From positions 29,084-93,083 of the forward strand of contig JAFSQL010000002.1 of NCBI GenBank assembly GCA_017446585.1: a stretch of 64,000 nt of DNA, written 5' to 3'. A model generated the notes under the pieces. The model saw only the letters and a list, made by a program, of their open reading frames with translations. It did no database searches and had not been told where the DNA came from. This stretch comes from Paludibacteraceae bacterium (GTDB lineage: Bacteria; Bacteroidota; Bacteroidia; Bacteroidales; Paludibacteraceae). Shown here one piece after another: positions 37,144 through 46,843 of the stretch. The position numbers were made by a program, and so were the translations under genes. The stretch's first letter is position 1. The number at the start of each line of letters is the position of its first letter.

Positions 37144-40080
37144 ATGAAGATGAAGGATAGATTCAAGTCATTGGCTGTGTTGGTGGCGGCGTTGTGCATC
37201 ACGCTAAGCGCGAGGGCGTGGACGGCGGCGGACAGCGCGGTGGCGCGGTCGTGGGCGGACAGCGTGTTGGGGACGATGGACACGGAGGAGAGGGTGTCGC
37301 AGTTGTTCATCTGCCTTGTGGGGGCGGAGGATACGGAGGTGAACAAGGAGGAGCTGAGGGAGCAGGCGGAGGTGAACAAGGTGGGGGGTGTGTTGTTTCA
37401 GAAGGGAACGATGAAGGGGCAGGCGACGCTAACGAACATGACGAGGGAGTGGGCGAAGGTGCCAATGCTGGTGGCTGCGGACGCAGAGTGGGGTTTGCAG
37501 ATGCGGTTGAGGGACGCATTGAGGTTTCCGCGGAAGATGTCGTTGTCGGCAATGAGGGATGAGGAGTTGATAGGTGAGTTGGCGGACGAGGTGGGTCGGC
37601 ATTGCAAGTTGATGGGGATAGGGATGAATTTTGATCCTGTGGTGGACGTGAACACGAATCCGGAGAATCCGGTAATCAACATAAGGGCATGGAGCGATGA
37701 CGCGGGGGATGTGGCGCGGAAGAGCTATCTGTTTCTGCAGGGAATGCGTAATCATGGCATAATCTGCACGGCAAAGCACTTTCCGGGTCACGGTGACACA
37801 GAGACGGACAGCCACGTGTCACTACCTGTGGTGAGGCATGCGAGGGGTACATTGGATTCGGTAGATTTATATCCGTATCGTTACTTGATAGAGAGGGGCG
37901 TGTTGGACGGTGTGATGGTAGGTCACCTGTCGGTGGAGGCGTTGGATTCGACTGGCACGCCAGCGTCGCTGTCAAGGCGCATCTCGACGGGGTTGCTAAG
38001 AGAGGAGATGGGGTTCAAGGGTGTGACGGTAACGGACGCGATGGTGATGGGTGCGGTGGCGAAACGCGAGGGTGCGGCGGTAGAAGCGTTGAAGGCGGGT
38101 GCGGACATGATTCTGGACATGGGGAATGTCAAGGCGACGCATAGGGGAATAGAGAGCGTGTTGAGGGCATTGAAGGATTCGGTGATGACGGAGGAGGAGA
38201 TAGCGGAGAAGTGCAGGAGGGTGCTGATGGCGAAGCATCTGACGGGGACTGTGAGCCGTGGGGAGATAGACACGGCGACGATAGTGCGGGAGGTGAACAG
38301 CGCGAGGTCGAGGACGCTGCAAGAGGAGGCCGGGAGACGGTGCGTGACGGTACTGAAGAACAAGGATGAGTTGTTGCCGCTGCGGGCGTTGGGAAAGAGG
38401 ATTACGTTCATTTCAGTTTGCAAAGGGACGGACACGTACTTTCTGAATCGAGCTTCACTCTATTGTCACGGTGAGAAGTTGTCGCTGACGAGCGAGACGA
38501 CGGAGAATGAGGAAGAAATGGCACGAGTGGATAGCGTGTTGAGAGGGAGTGACGTGGCAGTGTTCGCAATTCATGACAATTTGGTTTCGGACAGCGTGAT
38601 AGCGGAGTTGTCGAAGCGCGTGAAGGGTAAGGTGGTTCAAGTCTATTTTTTGTCACCATACTTGATGGCACCATACGTGGAGAGCCGAAAGGAGGCGGAT
38701 GCCATCGCAGTGGCATACGAGAACGCCCAATGCGTGCAACAGGCAGCAGCGGAGATGATGATGGGCGGTGCTGTGGCTGACGGAAGGTTGCCAGTCTCGA
38801 TTCCGGCACTGAAGGACAAGAAGGAAATGGACACGCCATCCTACGTGAAGGGTCAAGGACTGGTGACAAGGAAGACACGATTGGCATACGGAACGGCAGA
38901 AAGCGTCGGGATGAGCAGTGACTCGCTGAAATGGATAGACAGCATCGTGACGAGAGCCATAGAGGACACTTGCGCACCGGGATGTCAGGTGTTGGTGGCA
39001 AGGAGGGGTAAGGTGGTGTACAGGAAGGCGTTCGGCAATCTGACGTACGCTGACCCGACAGACAGCCTTGAAAGCGGACAGGCGGTGACAATGGAGACGC
39101 TGTATGACGTGGCGTCGGTGACGAAGTTGGCAGCCACGACAATAGCGATAATGAAGTTGGTGGATGACGGCAAGGTGGACTTGGACCGTCCGGTGACGCA
39201 CTATCTGCACAAGATGAAGAAGATGCACGGCATCAGCGTGAGGGACTTGTTGATGCACCAGTCGGGTTTGAAGCCAAGCGAACGGTTGTGGATTCACGCC
39301 TTTGAGAACGGGAACTTGAGCAAGGAGAAGGATCCGATTCACGGGCTTCACGTGGCGGACAGCATGTGGCTAAGGACGACGTATCACGACAGCATCAAGC
39401 ACTGGTTGACGCAGATGGTTCCGGCACAGGTGAGTGGAAACGCATACAAGTATTCGGACTTGAACTTCATGATTCTACAGATGATTGTGGAGAAGGTGAG
39501 CAAGCAGAGCCTTGACATGTATCTGGAAGGGGTTTATCGGGATTTGGGGTGTTACAATACCCTCTTCAACCCGAAGGACAAGGACACGACATTGGTTTTC
39601 GCTCCGACGGAATATGACAATCTGCTGCGTCATCAACTGATAGACGGATACGTGCATGACGAGAACGCCGCCTTCGCGGGAGGCGTGAGCGGACATGCGG
39701 GTTTGTTTTCGACGGCGGACGATTTGGCGAAGTTGATGCAGATGATTCTGAACAAGGGGACTTACGGCGACGAGTGCTTCGTTGGTGAGGAGACGACGGA
39801 GATGTTCCTGACAGAAAAGAGCGACCGATCACGAAGGGGGTTAGGTTTTGACCGAATGCAAGTGCCAGAAGACCCAGAATCGTCAACGATGAAGACGCGT
39901 CATGAGATGTTGGGGCACACTGGATTCACGGGCACGTGCGTGTGGATTGACCCGAAAGAGGAGTTGATTTACGTGTTCCTCTCGAACCGGGTTTACCCAA
40001 CCAGAGGTACGAACAAGTTGGCGAGGACAAACGTGAGGACGGACATAGCGGAAGTAATCTACAAAGCCATAACGGAATGA
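37144..40080 (+). CDS. Fusion protein: GH3 beta-N-acetylhexosaminidase (NagZ-like) N-terminal domain plus serine hydrolase / beta-lactamase-family C-terminal domain
   Basis: GH3 motif KHFPGHGDTETDSH in the N-terminal half. SxxK motif DVASVTKLAA and a later HTGFTG motif in the C-terminal half. Signal peptide present. Confidence 0.8.
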   Translation: MKMKDRFKSLAVLVAALCITLSARAWTAADSAVARSWADSVLGTMDTEERVSQLFICLVGAEDTEVNKEELREQAEVNKVGGVLFQKGTMKGQATLTNMTREWAKVPMLVAADAEWGLQMRLRDALRFPRKMSLSAMRDEELIGELADEVGRHCKLMGIGMNFDPVVDVNTNPENPVINIRAWSDDAGDVARKSYLFLQGMRNHGIICTAKHFPGHGDTETDSHVSLPVVRHARGTLDSVDLYPYRYLIERGVLDGVMVGHLSVEALDSTGTPASLSRRISTGLLREEMGFKGVTVTDAMVMGAVAKREGAAVEALKAGADMILDMGNVKATHRGIESVLRALKDSVMTEEEIAEKCRRVLMAKHLTGTVSRGEIDTATIVREVNSARSRTLQEEAGRRCVTVLKNKDELLPLRALGKRITFISVCKGTDTYFLNRASLYCHGEKLSLTSETTENEEEMARVDSVLRGSDVAVFAIHDNLVSDSVIAELSKRVKGKVVQVYFLSPYLMAPYVESRKEADAIAVAYENAQCVQQAAAEMMMGGAVADGRLPVSIPALKDKKEMDTPSYVKGQGLVTRKTRLAYGTAESVGMSSDSLKWIDSIVTRAIEDTCAPGCQVLVARRGKVVYRKAFGNLTYADPTDSLESGQAVTMETLYDVASVTKLAATTIAIMKLVDDGKVDLDRPVTHYLHKMKKMHGISVRDLLMHQSGLKPSERLWIHAFENGNLSKEKDPIHGLHVADSMWLRTTYHDSIKHWLTQMVPAQVSGNAYKYSDLNFMILQMIVEKVSKQSLDMYLEGVYRDLGCYNTLFNPKDKDTTLVFAPTEYDNLLRHQLIDGYVHDENAAFAGGVSGHAGLFSTADDLAKLMQMILNKGTYGDECFVGEETTEMFLTEKSDRSRRGLGFDRMQVPEDPESSTMKTRHEMLGHTGFTGTCVWIDPKEELIYVFLSNRVYPTRGTNKLARTNVRTDIAEVIYKAITE

Positions 40081-40727
40081 GGAAAATCGTAATCTTTGAC
40101 CTTGACGGGACGTTGATTTACACGTTAGGCGACTTGGCGAATGCCGTGAACCACGCCTTGGGGAGATTGGGGTTTGAAGAAAGGCGAATGGAGGAGTTCA
40201 ACCGAATGGTGGGCAACGGTGTTGACAAGTTGTTTGAACGAGCGTTGCCCGAAGGGGAAAAGACGGAGGAGAACATAGCGAGGATGCGACAGGTGTTCCT
40301 CCCCTACTACAAGAGCCATAGCCACGACACGTCAAAACCTTATGACGGCATTCGGGAGGTGTTGGAAGAATTGAAAGGGAGAGGCATCTTGCTTGCCACC
40401 GCTTCCAACAAGTTTCAAGAAGGAACGGAGTTGGTCGTTCGCCAGTTTTTCGGAGAAGGATTGTTTGACTTGGTGCGCGGATTGCGCAAGAATCATCATG
40501 CGAAACCACATCCGCAAATGTTGCTGCAGACACTGGCACACTTTGGCATCGATAAGAAGGACGCCTTGTATGTGGGAGACAGCGACGTGGACATGATGAC
40601 GGCGGAGAGAGCGGGCATAGATGTCATTGGCGCATTGTGGGGTTATCGTCCGGAAGAGGAATTGGCGAAATATCCGCACTTGGCACTTGTGAAACGTCCT
40701 GAGGAGATTCTGAAATACGCCTTGTAG
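40077..40727 (+). CDS. HAD-family hydrolase (phosphoglycolate phosphatase-like)
   Basis: DxDG motif IFDLDGTL, then SNK and VGDSDVDM motifs. 4-nt overlap with the upstream gene. Confidence 0.8.
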   Translation: MRKIVIFDLDGTLIYTLGDLANAVNHALGRLGFEERRMEEFNRMVGNGVDKLFERALPEGEKTEENIARMRQVFLPYYKSHSHDTSKPYDGIREVLEELKGRGILLATASNKFQEGTELVVRQFFGEGLFDLVRGLRKNHHAKPHPQMLLQTLAHFGIDKKDALYVGDSDVDMMTAERAGIDVIGALWGYRPEEELAKYPHLALVKRPEEILKYAL

Positions 40728-40740
40728 CGTTATCGGGCTA

Positions 40741-41448
40741 TTACAAAAGGCGACGACGAAATTCCGCGCAGACGATGGCAGTGGCAGTGGCGACGTTGAG
40801 GGAATCGATGGTCACGCCATCCGGAGGAAAGGAAGGAATCCTGATGGCATTTGTCACGCACTGCATGACCTCTGGCGAGATGCCGTTGCCTTCGCTTCCG
40901 ATGACTATGATTCCGTGGTTCGTCAAATTCTCGCTATAGATGTCGGCTCCCGAAAGCGAGGTGCCGTAGATGGGCAACCCATCCTGTTGAGCCTCACGAA
41001 GGAGAGCGGGGAGCGGCACTTTCTCAAAGACTCGGATGCGGGAGAGCGAACCCATGGTGGACTGGATGGTCTTGGGCGAAAAGACGTCGGCACAAGTTGG
41101 GGAGCAATAGATGTCGTTGATGCCAAACCAGTCGGCAATGCGCAGGATGGTGCCAAGATTGCCGGGGTCCTGAACTCCGTCAACCGCCAACGCTAGTAGC
41201 GATGGCGAGGGAGATTCGAACTGACGTGATGGCTTTTCGAACAGCGCCCAACTGTCACGCGGCGTTTTGAGCAGAGTCAATCTGGCAAGGTCAACGTCAG
41301 CGGCAGTGAGTCTCATGCGGCATTTGAAGGCTGGCAGGAGTTCGTCAATGAGTTTGGAGCCTTCCGCCACGAATACCCTTTCCTCATCACGCACTTTCTT
41401 TTGCTGATAGCGACGCAGGAACTTGATTTGGGCTAAACTTAACATCAT
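40741..41448 (-). CDS. TrmH/SpoU-family RNA 2'-O-methyltransferase
   Basis: SpoU motifs DGVQDPGNLGTILRIADWFG, IVIGSEGNGIS and LNVATATAI. Confidence 0.8.
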   Translation of the reverse strand: MMLSLAQIKFLRRYQQKKVRDEERVFVAEGSKLIDELLPAFKCRMRLTAADVDLARLTLLKTPRDSWALFEKPSRQFESPSPSLLALAVDGVQDPGNLGTILRIADWFGINDIYCSPTCADVFSPKTIQSTMGSLSRIRVFEKVPLPALLREAQQDGLPIYGTSLSGADIYSENLTNHGIIVIGSEGNGISPEVMQCVTNAIRIPSFPPDGVTIDSLNVATATAIVCAEFRRRLL

Positions 41449-41543
41449 GAAAGAAATAAGAGTTCAAAATTAAACAAAAAGCAAGAAACAAGAGTTAAGA
41501 ATGAAAAATGAAAGTATTATTTTTGCTTTTCCAAAACGAGATA

Positions 41544-43835
41544 ATGCGCGGAAAACTATTCACACTCATCGCACTCCTCTTGATTTTTTGCTCGTGTTCA
41601 GTTACGAAACACGTTCCTGACCACGAATACCTGCTGAACAAGGTTAAGATAGAGAAGGACACGAAGGTAGTCTCGGAAAGCACCATACGCCAATATATAC
41701 GTCAAAAGCCCAATTCGCGCATTTTGGGCAGTTTTCCGATGTCACTGCGCTTTTATTCGCTGTCGGGAACGGACACGACAAAGTGGATAAACCGATTTCT
41801 GCGCAGGAACGGAGAGGCTCCCGTCATCTATGACAAAGAAAAGACGGAAACGTCAACGGCAAACATCACCCGTCTGATGCAGACCAAGGGATATGCGGAT
41901 GCCGAGGTGACGACGGACACGATACACAAGGGAAAGAAGAAATTGAACCTGACTTACAGAATCAAGAGCGGTGAACCGTACAAGATTGCGATTATTGACT
42001 ACGCAATTGAAGATGACACGCTGAGGGCGTATATCCTGCCAGACACGACACAGAGGAGGGTGAACGTGGGTGACAGATTTGACATAGACGAACTGAAGGC
42101 GGAACGGACACGCATCGTGTCGAGACTGAAGCAACAGGGATTCTACTACGCAAATGTCGATCACCTCTATATCGAAGCGGACACTACGCTGGGAGGGAAG
42201 AGCGCCCATGTGACGTTCAAATCACGTCCGCTGACCAAGAACAATTCGGACGGAAGCGTTGACACGTTCGAGTGCCAACCACGACTGAGAATCAGGGACG
42301 TGAATATCTATCCATGGTTCTACACCGATGGAGGCAGCCCGCAAGAACAAGCCAAAGACTCGATCGTTTGCGGGAATATTCGCTACTACTACGGCTACAA
42401 AAGGCGTTTGTGCCCAAAGACGGTTTACATGAAGACCTTTACACTGCCGGGCAATTACTATGATGAGAACGATGTGAACAAGACAAATGCCGCCCTGTCA
42501 TCGCTACCCACGACGAAATACACATCGCTGTTCTTCGTTCCTGTCAAGGAGGCGCAAGATTCACTTTTGGACGCTTACGTATTAGTGTCGCCGAACAGGA
42601 TGCAATCCTATTCGATAGAAGCGGAGGGCACGAATACCGAAGGTGACATAGGAGCCGCCATCAACACGACGTACACGCACCGAAACGTGTTCCGCTCAGC
42701 CAACACCTTCAACTTCAAGACCCGCATGGCATACCAACCAATGGGCGACTTGGCGGACTTGCTCTCGGACAGGACGTTGGACTTGGGAACGGAGGTGTCT
42801 CTCACCTTTCCGCGCGTGTTGTTTCCGTTCATTTCGGAGAAGTTGAGGCGAAGAATCAGAGCCAACACGGAGTTGGCGACATCCGCCAACTGGCAGACGA
42901 CACCGTGGTATGACCGATTCATATTGTCATCGTCGTTCAAGTATCTGTGGACAACAGGGTCGAGAAACACGGAGTCATATTCGATTGCGCCAATAGATTT
43001 GAGTTTCGTTTATTTGCCAGAGATTTCCAACTACTTCAGGAACAATTATTTGGGCGAGAACAGCGTGATTCGCTATTCGTATCAAGACCACATGATTCTT
43101 GCCGCGTCGTTCTCGTTCTCACGTCACAACCACACGAAACCGAACCGAAATTATTTTTCGTATAGAGGTACAGTGGAGACCGCCGGTAACGTGTTGCACG
43201 GGATATGTTCTCTGGTAAGTCAGGCAAAGGACAGCGTGGGGTATTATGACATTATGGGCATTCGATTTTCACAATACGTGAAAGGAGAATTCGACTATTC
43301 GTTCTGCCAAGTGCTGGGTCAGAAAAGCAATATCGTATATCACTTTCGAGTAGGTGCCGCCTACCCATATGGAAACGCGGACGTGGTGCCATACGAGAAG
43401 CGATTCTTCAGCGGAGGCGCGAACAGCGTGCGCGGCTGGTCGGTGAGGACGTTGGGACCGGGAACGTACAAGAGTCCCACAAGTAGGGCGAATCTGATGC
43501 AGGCGGGCGATTTGTCATTAGACCTGAATGTCGAGTATCGGTTCAAGTTGTTTTGGCTGTTTGAAGGAGCGGCGTTTGTTGATGCCGGTAACATTTGGAC
43601 GATAAAGGATTATGAGGACCAACCGGGGGGAACGTTTGAAGCAAAGACCTTCTACAAGCAGTTGGCTATGGCTTATGGGTTGGGATTACGCCTTGACTTT
43701 TCATTTTTCGTGTTGAGGTGTGACGTGGGTTCGCAACTGCATGACCCCGCGGGGGAAACGCCAAGGAAGCGTTGGCGACATCCGCTGAACATTCACGACA
43801 TGGCGTTGCATCTCGCTATCGGTTATCCGTTCTAA
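41544..43835 (+). CDS. BamA/TamA-family outer membrane protein (surface antigen D15 type)
   Basis: Lipoprotein-like signal LLLIFCSCS, POTRA-like N-terminal repeats, and a C-terminal Omp85 barrel with RFFSGGANSVRGW. Ends ...IGYPF. Confidence 0.75.
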   Translation: MRGKLFTLIALLLIFCSCSVTKHVPDHEYLLNKVKIEKDTKVVSESTIRQYIRQKPNSRILGSFPMSLRFYSLSGTDTTKWINRFLRRNGEAPVIYDKEKTETSTANITRLMQTKGYADAEVTTDTIHKGKKKLNLTYRIKSGEPYKIAIIDYAIEDDTLRAYILPDTTQRRVNVGDRFDIDELKAERTRIVSRLKQQGFYYANVDHLYIEADTTLGGKSAHVTFKSRPLTKNNSDGSVDTFECQPRLRIRDVNIYPWFYTDGGSPQEQAKDSIVCGNIRYYYGYKRRLCPKTVYMKTFTLPGNYYDENDVNKTNAALSSLPTTKYTSLFFVPVKEAQDSLLDAYVLVSPNRMQSYSIEAEGTNTEGDIGAAINTTYTHRNVFRSANTFNFKTRMAYQPMGDLADLLSDRTLDLGTEVSLTFPRVLFPFISEKLRRRIRANTELATSANWQTTPWYDRFILSSSFKYLWTTGSRNTESYSIAPIDLSFVYLPEISNYFRNNYLGENSVIRYSYQDHMILAASFSFSRHNHTKPNRNYFSYRGTVETAGNVLHGICSLVSQAKDSVGYYDIMGIRFSQYVKGEFDYSFCQVLGQKSNIVYHFRVGAAYPYGNADVVPYEKRFFSGGANSVRGWSVRTLGPGTYKSPTSRANLMQAGDLSLDLNVEYRFKLFWLFEGAAFVDAGNIWTIKDYEDQPGGTFEAKTFYKQLAMAYGLGLRLDFSFFVLRCDVGSQLHDPAGETPRKRWRHPLNIHDMALHLAIGYPF

Positions 43836-43886
43836 CAGTTTTTTGGAAAACAATATCAAGCAACAAAATCACTCAAATTAGCGACA

Positions 43887-45398
43887 TCATTCCCCGTTCA
43901 ATTCCAAGACTTTCCGAAAACAAGCAATTCCCTCCTCCAGATTCTCGATTATCTTGGCGGCAATCTCATCAGGCTCGGGCAGGTTGTCAAGGTCGGTAAG
44001 GCTCTTGTCCTTTATCCAAAAAATATCGAGATTGGTTTTGTCGCGGGCGATTATCTCGTCGTAGGTGAACTTGCGCCAACGGCCTTCGGGATTCGACTCG
44101 CTCCACGTTTCGGTGCGCAGATTGCGGTTTTCTGGATTGTAGCACTTAATGAAATCTGCCAAATCCTCGAACGTGAGCGGCGACTTCTTAAGTGTGTGGT
44201 GAATGTTGGTGCGGTAGTCATAAATCCAAATGTCCTTGGTCTGCACATCCTTGCTGGCTGGGCGGTTATCGAAGAACAAAACATTGGCTTTCACGCCATT
44301 GGCATAGAAAATGCCTGTTGGCAGGCGCAGAATGGTGTGCAACTCGGTGGTTTTCATCAGTTGCTTGCGAATCTCCTCGCCCGCACCGCCTTCAAAAAGC
44401 ACATTGTCGGGCAGGACAACTGCCGCCTGACCATTGATTTTCAGCAAGGTCTTGATATGCTGAAGGAAATTCAACTGCTTGTTGGACGTGGTTTCCCAAA
44501 AATCCTGACGGTTGTAACTCAAATCCTCTTTCTCCACCTCGCCGTCCACGTTGGTAATGGTGATGCTGCTCTTTTTGCCGAAAGGCGGATTGGTGAGCAC
44601 ATAGTCGTAGCGGTTGCCTGTGTCGGACACAAGGGCATCGTTGGGCGAAATGAAATCCTCGCTGTCGAGTTCGCCAATGTTGTGCAGATAAAGGTTCATC
44701 AAGCACAGACGGCGCGTGTTGGCCACAATCTCGTTACCAAAGAAGGTCTTTTTCTTCAGAAACAGTTTCTGGTCTTTGTTGAGCGGCTGGCTGGCGATAT
44801 AGTCGTAGGCGGCAAGGAAGAAACCACCCGTTCCGCAGGCTGGGTCGATAATGGTCTTTTCGGGTTTGGGACGCACGCACGCCACCATAGCACGAATCAA
44901 CGCACGGGGCGTAAAATATTGTCCTGCACCGCTCTTGGTATCTTCGGCGTTCTTCTCCAAAAGGCCTTCGTAAATCTTGCCCTTCACATCGGAACCCATC
45001 AGCGACCAATTCTCGCGGTTGATCATCTCAATGACGCGCAAGAGTTTGGCAGGGTCTTGAATCTTGTTCTGGCTCTTGGTGTAAATCTGTCCCAACATTC
45101 CTTTTTCGGTGGCAAGGCTGCGAAGCATCTGCACATAGTAGGCTTCGAGTTCCGCACCGCGCTTGCTTGTGAGCGTTTCCCAATCGCACATTTCGCCATC
45201 GGCAATCTCCTTGCCCTCGGCATCCTTCAAGTGCGGGAACCTCAGTCCTTTGTTGTAGGGCGGACGGTTCATCTCGTCGGCCATCTTCAGGAAAAGCAGA
45301 TAGGTGATTTGCTCCAAATAATCGCCATAACTTACGCCATCGTCGCGCAGGACGTTGGCCATATTCCAGATTTTTGATATGATTGTTGATTCTGTCAT
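43887..45398 (-). CDS. hsdM: Type I restriction-modification system, DNA methyltransferase subunit M
   Basis: N-terminal HsdM_N (IWNMANVLRD...YLEQITYLLFLK), AdoMet motif DPACGTGGF and catalytic NPPFG. Start set at ATG 45398. Confidence 0.9.
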   Translation of the reverse strand: MTESTIISKIWNMANVLRDDGVSYGDYLEQITYLLFLKMADEMNRPPYNKGLRFPHLKDAEGKEIADGEMCDWETLTSKRGAELEAYYVQMLRSLATEKGMLGQIYTKSQNKIQDPAKLLRVIEMINRENWSLMGSDVKGKIYEGLLEKNAEDTKSGAGQYFTPRALIRAMVACVRPKPEKTIIDPACGTGGFFLAAYDYIASQPLNKDQKLFLKKKTFFGNEIVANTRRLCLMNLYLHNIGELDSEDFISPNDALVSDTGNRYDYVLTNPPFGKKSSITITNVDGEVEKEDLSYNRQDFWETTSNKQLNFLQHIKTLLKINGQAAVVLPDNVLFEGGAGEEIRKQLMKTTELHTILRLPTGIFYANGVKANVLFFDNRPASKDVQTKDIWIYDYRTNIHHTLKKSPLTFEDLADFIKCYNPENRNLRTETWSESNPEGRWRKFTYDEIIARDKTNLDIFWIKDKSLTDLDNLPEPDEIAAKIIENLEEGIACFRKVLELNGE

Positions 45399-45414
45399 AA
45401 ATTCTTGTCTGTCT

Positions 45415-46119
45415 TTACAATCCATAATACAATTTAATGGCGACACCGACAAATATTGCTATTGAAAAGCTCAACAATGTGCCTATCAATACATATTCCG
45501 ATTTCGCCTTGTCGCCTTCGGCAAAACGCAAAAGTGATTTTGCGGCTATGATAAATCCAACGGCTTCATATTGTCCCAGTAGCACAAACACCAACGAAAG
45601 AAGCCGTTCCACAATACCTATCAGTTTTCCGGCATTAGGCAAGTCTTCTGTATTATTATCGTCACTTCCTTTGCTAACCTTAATGTTTGCAACCTTGATA
45701 ATTTCTTTGATTATTATGTTGGAGGGCTTTAAACATACCAGAAAGCCCAACAACATAGCTATATATTTTTCTTCTACACCGCTCACACAATCAGGTAAGT
45801 TGCTTTTCCACAGATAGCAAACCGTCACAATTACAAGCAAGTGTATCAACTGGTCAATAAAGAAAATACCCTTACACTTGGAAGCATAACATTTCATGGC
45901 ATCGATTAGCAAATGAGAAACCGCTATTATTAATGCCACCCACCAAAAACTGAATGAAAACGAGAACAGCCAAGCGCAAACAAAGGTTATCAGAACATGT
46001 ATATAAAGTTTCGGAGACTTAAAAACTCTGTTTTCTTTGTCGGCGCACGACTTATCTGTCTGAAAATAGAAATCACTGATCGTGTGTGCAATTATTTGTA
46101 ATAGTAAAAACCGTATCAT
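45415..46119 (-). CDS. DUF3307-family polytopic membrane protein
   Basis: About 7 hydrophobic segments. N-terminal QIIAHTISDFYFQ plus later SHLLIDA and IDQLIHL His/Asp motifs, as recalled for DUF3307. Adjacent to a SatD-like gene, the usual pairing. Confidence 0.6.
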   Translation of the reverse strand: MIRFLLLQIIAHTISDFYFQTDKSCADKENRVFKSPKLYIHVLITFVCAWLFSFSFSFWWVALIIAVSHLLIDAMKCYASKCKGIFFIDQLIHLLVIVTVCYLWKSNLPDCVSGVEEKYIAMLLGFLVCLKPSNIIIKEIIKVANIKVSKGSDDNNTEDLPNAGKLIGIVERLLSLVFVLLGQYEAVGFIIAAKSLLRFAEGDKAKSEYVLIGTLLSFSIAIFVGVAIKLYYGL

Positions 46120-46121
46120 AA

Positions 46122-46814
46122 CTAAAAGTTTATTTGTTCGTAATACTTCAGCAACTGCTCTACAGCATTCCAGCCAAATGAGGTGGAATGTTGATTAACA
46201 GCAGGTTGCTTAATCCCCATTTTTTTGGATATTTCAATTTCGCTCATTCCTAACAGACTATAATATATAACCTCACATTGACGCTCCGATGCTCGCTTAA
46301 ACAGTATATCCAAAAAACCCATATACGCATTTATCTGCTGCGCCAATTTTGCATCCGAAGAATCAAAAAACAAGGTGTTTTTTATAACTATTTTCGATTT
46401 GTTCGAAGTCCGCTGGCGTTCTATTGCCCTTCCTGAGGCATATATGGCCTCACCATCCAACATATTTGTCCGCTTATCGGCAATGCGCATTTCACCTACA
46501 GCAATGGCGATTCTAACCCCGTATGTTTTAAACACACTCAAACGCTTCTTATCTACATTTTGACCCACACAGTCTGTATCAACCTTGAACTTTTTTATCA
46601 TCGCTTTTAAAAGCAGGGCTATACGCAATGAGTTTTGTGGATTACCTATATAAATTTCCACACTATCACCTTTGCTTAATCGGCCCCATGTGTCTTCGTA
46701 TTCTTTTTCTATTTGCTCAACAAAGACCTCTATCTCGTTCTGCAATTGACTTAAAGCACAAGGAGTCAGTTCGGTAGAAGACACTATGTCCGCTGAAATT
46801 GTAGCTCTATTCAT
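46122..46814 (-). CDS. SatD-family protein: cyclase-fold-like N-terminal domain plus C-terminal helix-turn-helix
   Basis: ISADIVSST and KGDSVEIYIG resemble the two Asp motifs of class III cyclase / SatD proteins. RIAIAVGEM...DGEAIYASGRAI block. C-terminal ERQCEVIYYSLLGMSEIEISKKMGIKQPAVNQH resembles a LuxR/sigma-70 region-4-type HTH. ATG 46814 preferred over the TTG at 46832. Confidence 0.6.
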   Translation of the reverse strand: MNRATISADIVSSTELTPCALSQLQNEIEVFVEQIEKEYEDTWGRLSKGDSVEIYIGNPQNSLRIALLLKAMIKKFKVDTDCVGQNVDKKRLSVFKTYGVRIAIAVGEMRIADKRTNMLDGEAIYASGRAIERQRTSNKSKIVIKNTLFFDSSDAKLAQQINAYMGFLDILFKRASERQCEVIYYSLLGMSEIEISKKMGIKQPAVNQHSTSFGWNAVEQLLKYYEQINF

Positions 46815-46829
46815 AAATTTTATTTTTTG

Positions 46830-46837
46830 CAAAGATA
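46830..46837 (-). promoter_or_regulatory. -7 promoter box (TAtcTTTG) for the satD-like/DUF3307/hsdM transcription unit
   Basis: The reverse complement of caaagata is TATCTTTG, 15 nt upstream of ATG 46814 and 6 nt downstream of repeat unit 1. Confidence 0.5.
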
Positions 46838-46843
46838 CTAAAT

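Noticed and set aside
44196-45377. 393-aa plus-strand ORF
   Set aside because: It lies entirely antisense to hsdM, which has clear methyltransferase motifs. The sequence is low-information (V/G/H/L-rich) with no motif. It is a shadow ORF.
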